Assembly (NCBI RefSeq): GCF_035285525.1
Contig: NZ_JAYKGW010000171.1
Span: 30,001 to 62,000, forward strand
DNA length: 32,000 bases
From: Okeania sp.
GTDB lineage: Bacteria > Cyanobacteriota > Cyanobacteriia > Cyanobacteriales > Microcoleaceae
Reading direction: 5' to 3'
Shown: piece after piece, positions 20,101 to 23,100 of the stretch
How the letters are laid out: every line of letters starts with the position of its first letter
Numbering within the stretch: position 1 is the first letter of the stretch
Program-made: the position numbers and the translations under genes
Notes under the pieces: model-generated
Told to the model about the DNA's origin: nothing
The model's database searches: none
The model's input: only the letters and a program-made list of their open reading frames with translations

Positions 20101-23100
20101 CTACCAGTTATATTGCTGATGCCACTATCTTCCTAGATGCCAACCTCAACGGATTACTAGACGACAATGAACCTGTCACCGTCACTGATAGCAATGGTAA
20201 CTACAACCTAGAATTTGACATCGAATACTACGATACTAACGGCAATGGAAAATTGGATGCAGAAGAAGGGCAAATAGTTGCCATGGGGGGTGTCGATACT
20301 TCCAGTGGCGTGAACATTACCACTCAAATGGTGGGCAGCGTAGAATCTGCAGTGCTAACACCTCTAACTAACCTACAAAAGTTTTTAGTCCAAGAAGAAT
20401 ATGTAGCATCTAACAAAGCAGCCGACAAACTGATGACTGAGAAATTAGATTTACCAAAAGGAGGAAGTTTAGCAGACAACGACCCCATAGCTGATATTGG
20501 TGACGACCAAGGGTTAGTCCAGAAAGTAGGTGTAGAATTTTATCTAGCTCATGTGGAATTGCAAAATATCATCGTTCATGCTAACGCTTTGGTTCAAGGT
20601 GTTAATTCTGAAATTGATTCTATCTACTTAGAGAAAATCGTCACTCAAGGGTTAGCTGAAGCATTGACATCTGAGAAAGTAAGTTTCGACCTCAGCAATG
20701 CTGAGGATGTAGAATTTATATTAAAAGAAATTGCTGCACAAAGCACTAAACCAGATATTGCCAATGGTGAAGAAGAAGAAGGCACTAAACCAGATATTGC
20801 CAATGGTGAAGAGATATCTGCTGATATCATCGAAACAGTAGCCGAAATGGTGGCTGAAGCTAACGCCCTCATTGATGAAATGGCAACCGCAGCAGAAAAA
20901 CAAAGTCTCGAACTGGTGATGCCAACTGTTGCTCCCGTTAAGCGATCTACCCAAGGAGAACTGACGAAAATCACAAAAGAACTTGCTGCGGGCAAATCAA
21001 CTCCCGAAACTGCACAAGAGCAATTTACAACCCAGCTAGAAGAAAGCAACCGGTTGGAGCCACAACTCATTAGTGATACTCGCAAGGTCAAAGTTTACTC
21101 CACAGGAGATGGGGAGATAGATGAAAACACTGGTAAAACTATTGACATCGTTATTGAATTAGGAGAACCAGCACCAAATCAAGGTGTGAATATTCTCTAC
21201 AATATTTCCGGTACTGCTACCGAAGGGGAAGATTATCAAATAGTAGGACTACCTAATGGTGGTTCCGAAATTTACATAGAACCAGGAGAAACTCAAAAAA
21301 CTATAACTATCTCTCCCGAAAACGATGAGATTAGCGAGCTAACAGAATTTATCACTTTGAATCTCCGGTACGCAGCGGAAAGTTTTGTCATAGATTCGGA
21401 AATGCAAACTGCTGTGGTTCGGATTATTGATGATGAAGAACTAACAACTGGAGATCAACCAGAAGGAATATGGAAACCAGGAACAGTTGACGATGATACT
21501 TTAGTGGGCACAAAAAAACAAGACACCTTGAGTGGTAATTATGGTAACGACTCTATCAAGGGTAAGGCAGGTGCAGATGTCCTCCAAGGTAGTCATGGCA
21601 ATGACACCATTATTGGTGGAACTGGTTCAGATGTTGTTGAAGGCAACTATGGCGATGACCTCCTTCAAGGAAACCAAGGAAATGACCAAATTCATGGGGG
21701 TTCTGGGGTAGATAGAATTTCCGGTGGTGCAGATAACGATGACATTTATGGTGGTGCAGATGATGACAATATTTCTGGTGGTGCAGGCAATGACAATATT
21801 TCTGGTGATACAGGCAATGATAATATTTCTGGTGATGCTAATAATGACTGGATACAAGGCGGTGTTGGTAACGATGTCATCACTGGTGGCGAAGGTCAAG
21901 ATGTAGTCAATGGAGGTGATGGGGCAGATTACTTTGTCTTAAAATCTCCAGAGGAAGGATTAGATATAGTAGTTGACTTCGATCCGACTCAGGGTGACAA
22001 AATTATTATTGACTCTGCTGGTTTCAACAATCCTACCCTGGAGGATTTCCAATTCCTCAATGGTTACTTGTATTTCCAAAAGCAACAAATTGCTCTGATC
22101 CAAAATGAAGGAGTTAGCTACAACTACTTCTCATATTTATCAGAAATTCTGGAAATCAAAAACACTAAAACTCTGAAAACTCCGGTTAGTCCTAAAGTTA
22201 CAATCCAAGAAACAGAGGGCGCTGAAGCAGAAGAACCATCAACATCTTCTAATATTGTCTCTCGTAAAGAACCAGCCAATTTGTTCGCAGAAATATTACA
22301 GAGGGGTGTTGTCAAAGTGGGAGTTGTAAATAATCCCGTAGTTTATGAGGAACTAGAAGATGGAACAGCGCGGGGAACAGGTGCTGAATTGGGTAAAACA
22401 TTAGCAAGTGCCCTGTTTGGTGATGAGAATGCAGTTGAGTATGTACTTTTAGACTTTAACCAAGGGTTTGAAGCAGTAGCTAACAAAGAAGTTGATATTC
22501 TAGATTCGGGAGCAACTTACAACCTAGTCAGAGATGCTCTATTAGATATTGACTTTGCTCCAGTTCGCTTTTATGATAACGATGCAATAATTGTTAAAGC
22601 TGATAGGGATATTGATAATGCTCAAGAACTCCAAGGTTTGACTATTGGTGTATTTGCCGGTTCGACTACGGAGCAAAATCTCAAAGATTTCTTAGCCGAA
22701 AATAGTATAGAAGTTGAGATCATAAGCTTTAGTAGCAAGCAAGATATATTTGTATCTTATGATAACGGTGAGATAGATGCAGTAGCAAGCGATCGTACTG
22801 TTTTAGCAAGCTTGATTCCCACTTTCTCTAATCCCGACAACCACAAAATACTAGACGAAGAAATTTCGGAAGGACCTTTAGCACCAATCCTGCCAGAAAA
22901 TGAATCAGAGTGGGCAGATGTGGTGCGTTGGGTAACTTATGTACCTATTCAAGCTGAAGAATTTGCCATTACCTCTAAAAACATTGACCAAGTGAAAGCC
23001 GATAGCCAAGACCCAGCTATACGTCGCTTCTTAGGATTAGGTGGCAATTTAGAAGGTAATTTAGGGGAAACCCTCGGTTTACCCGCAGACTTCGCAGAAA

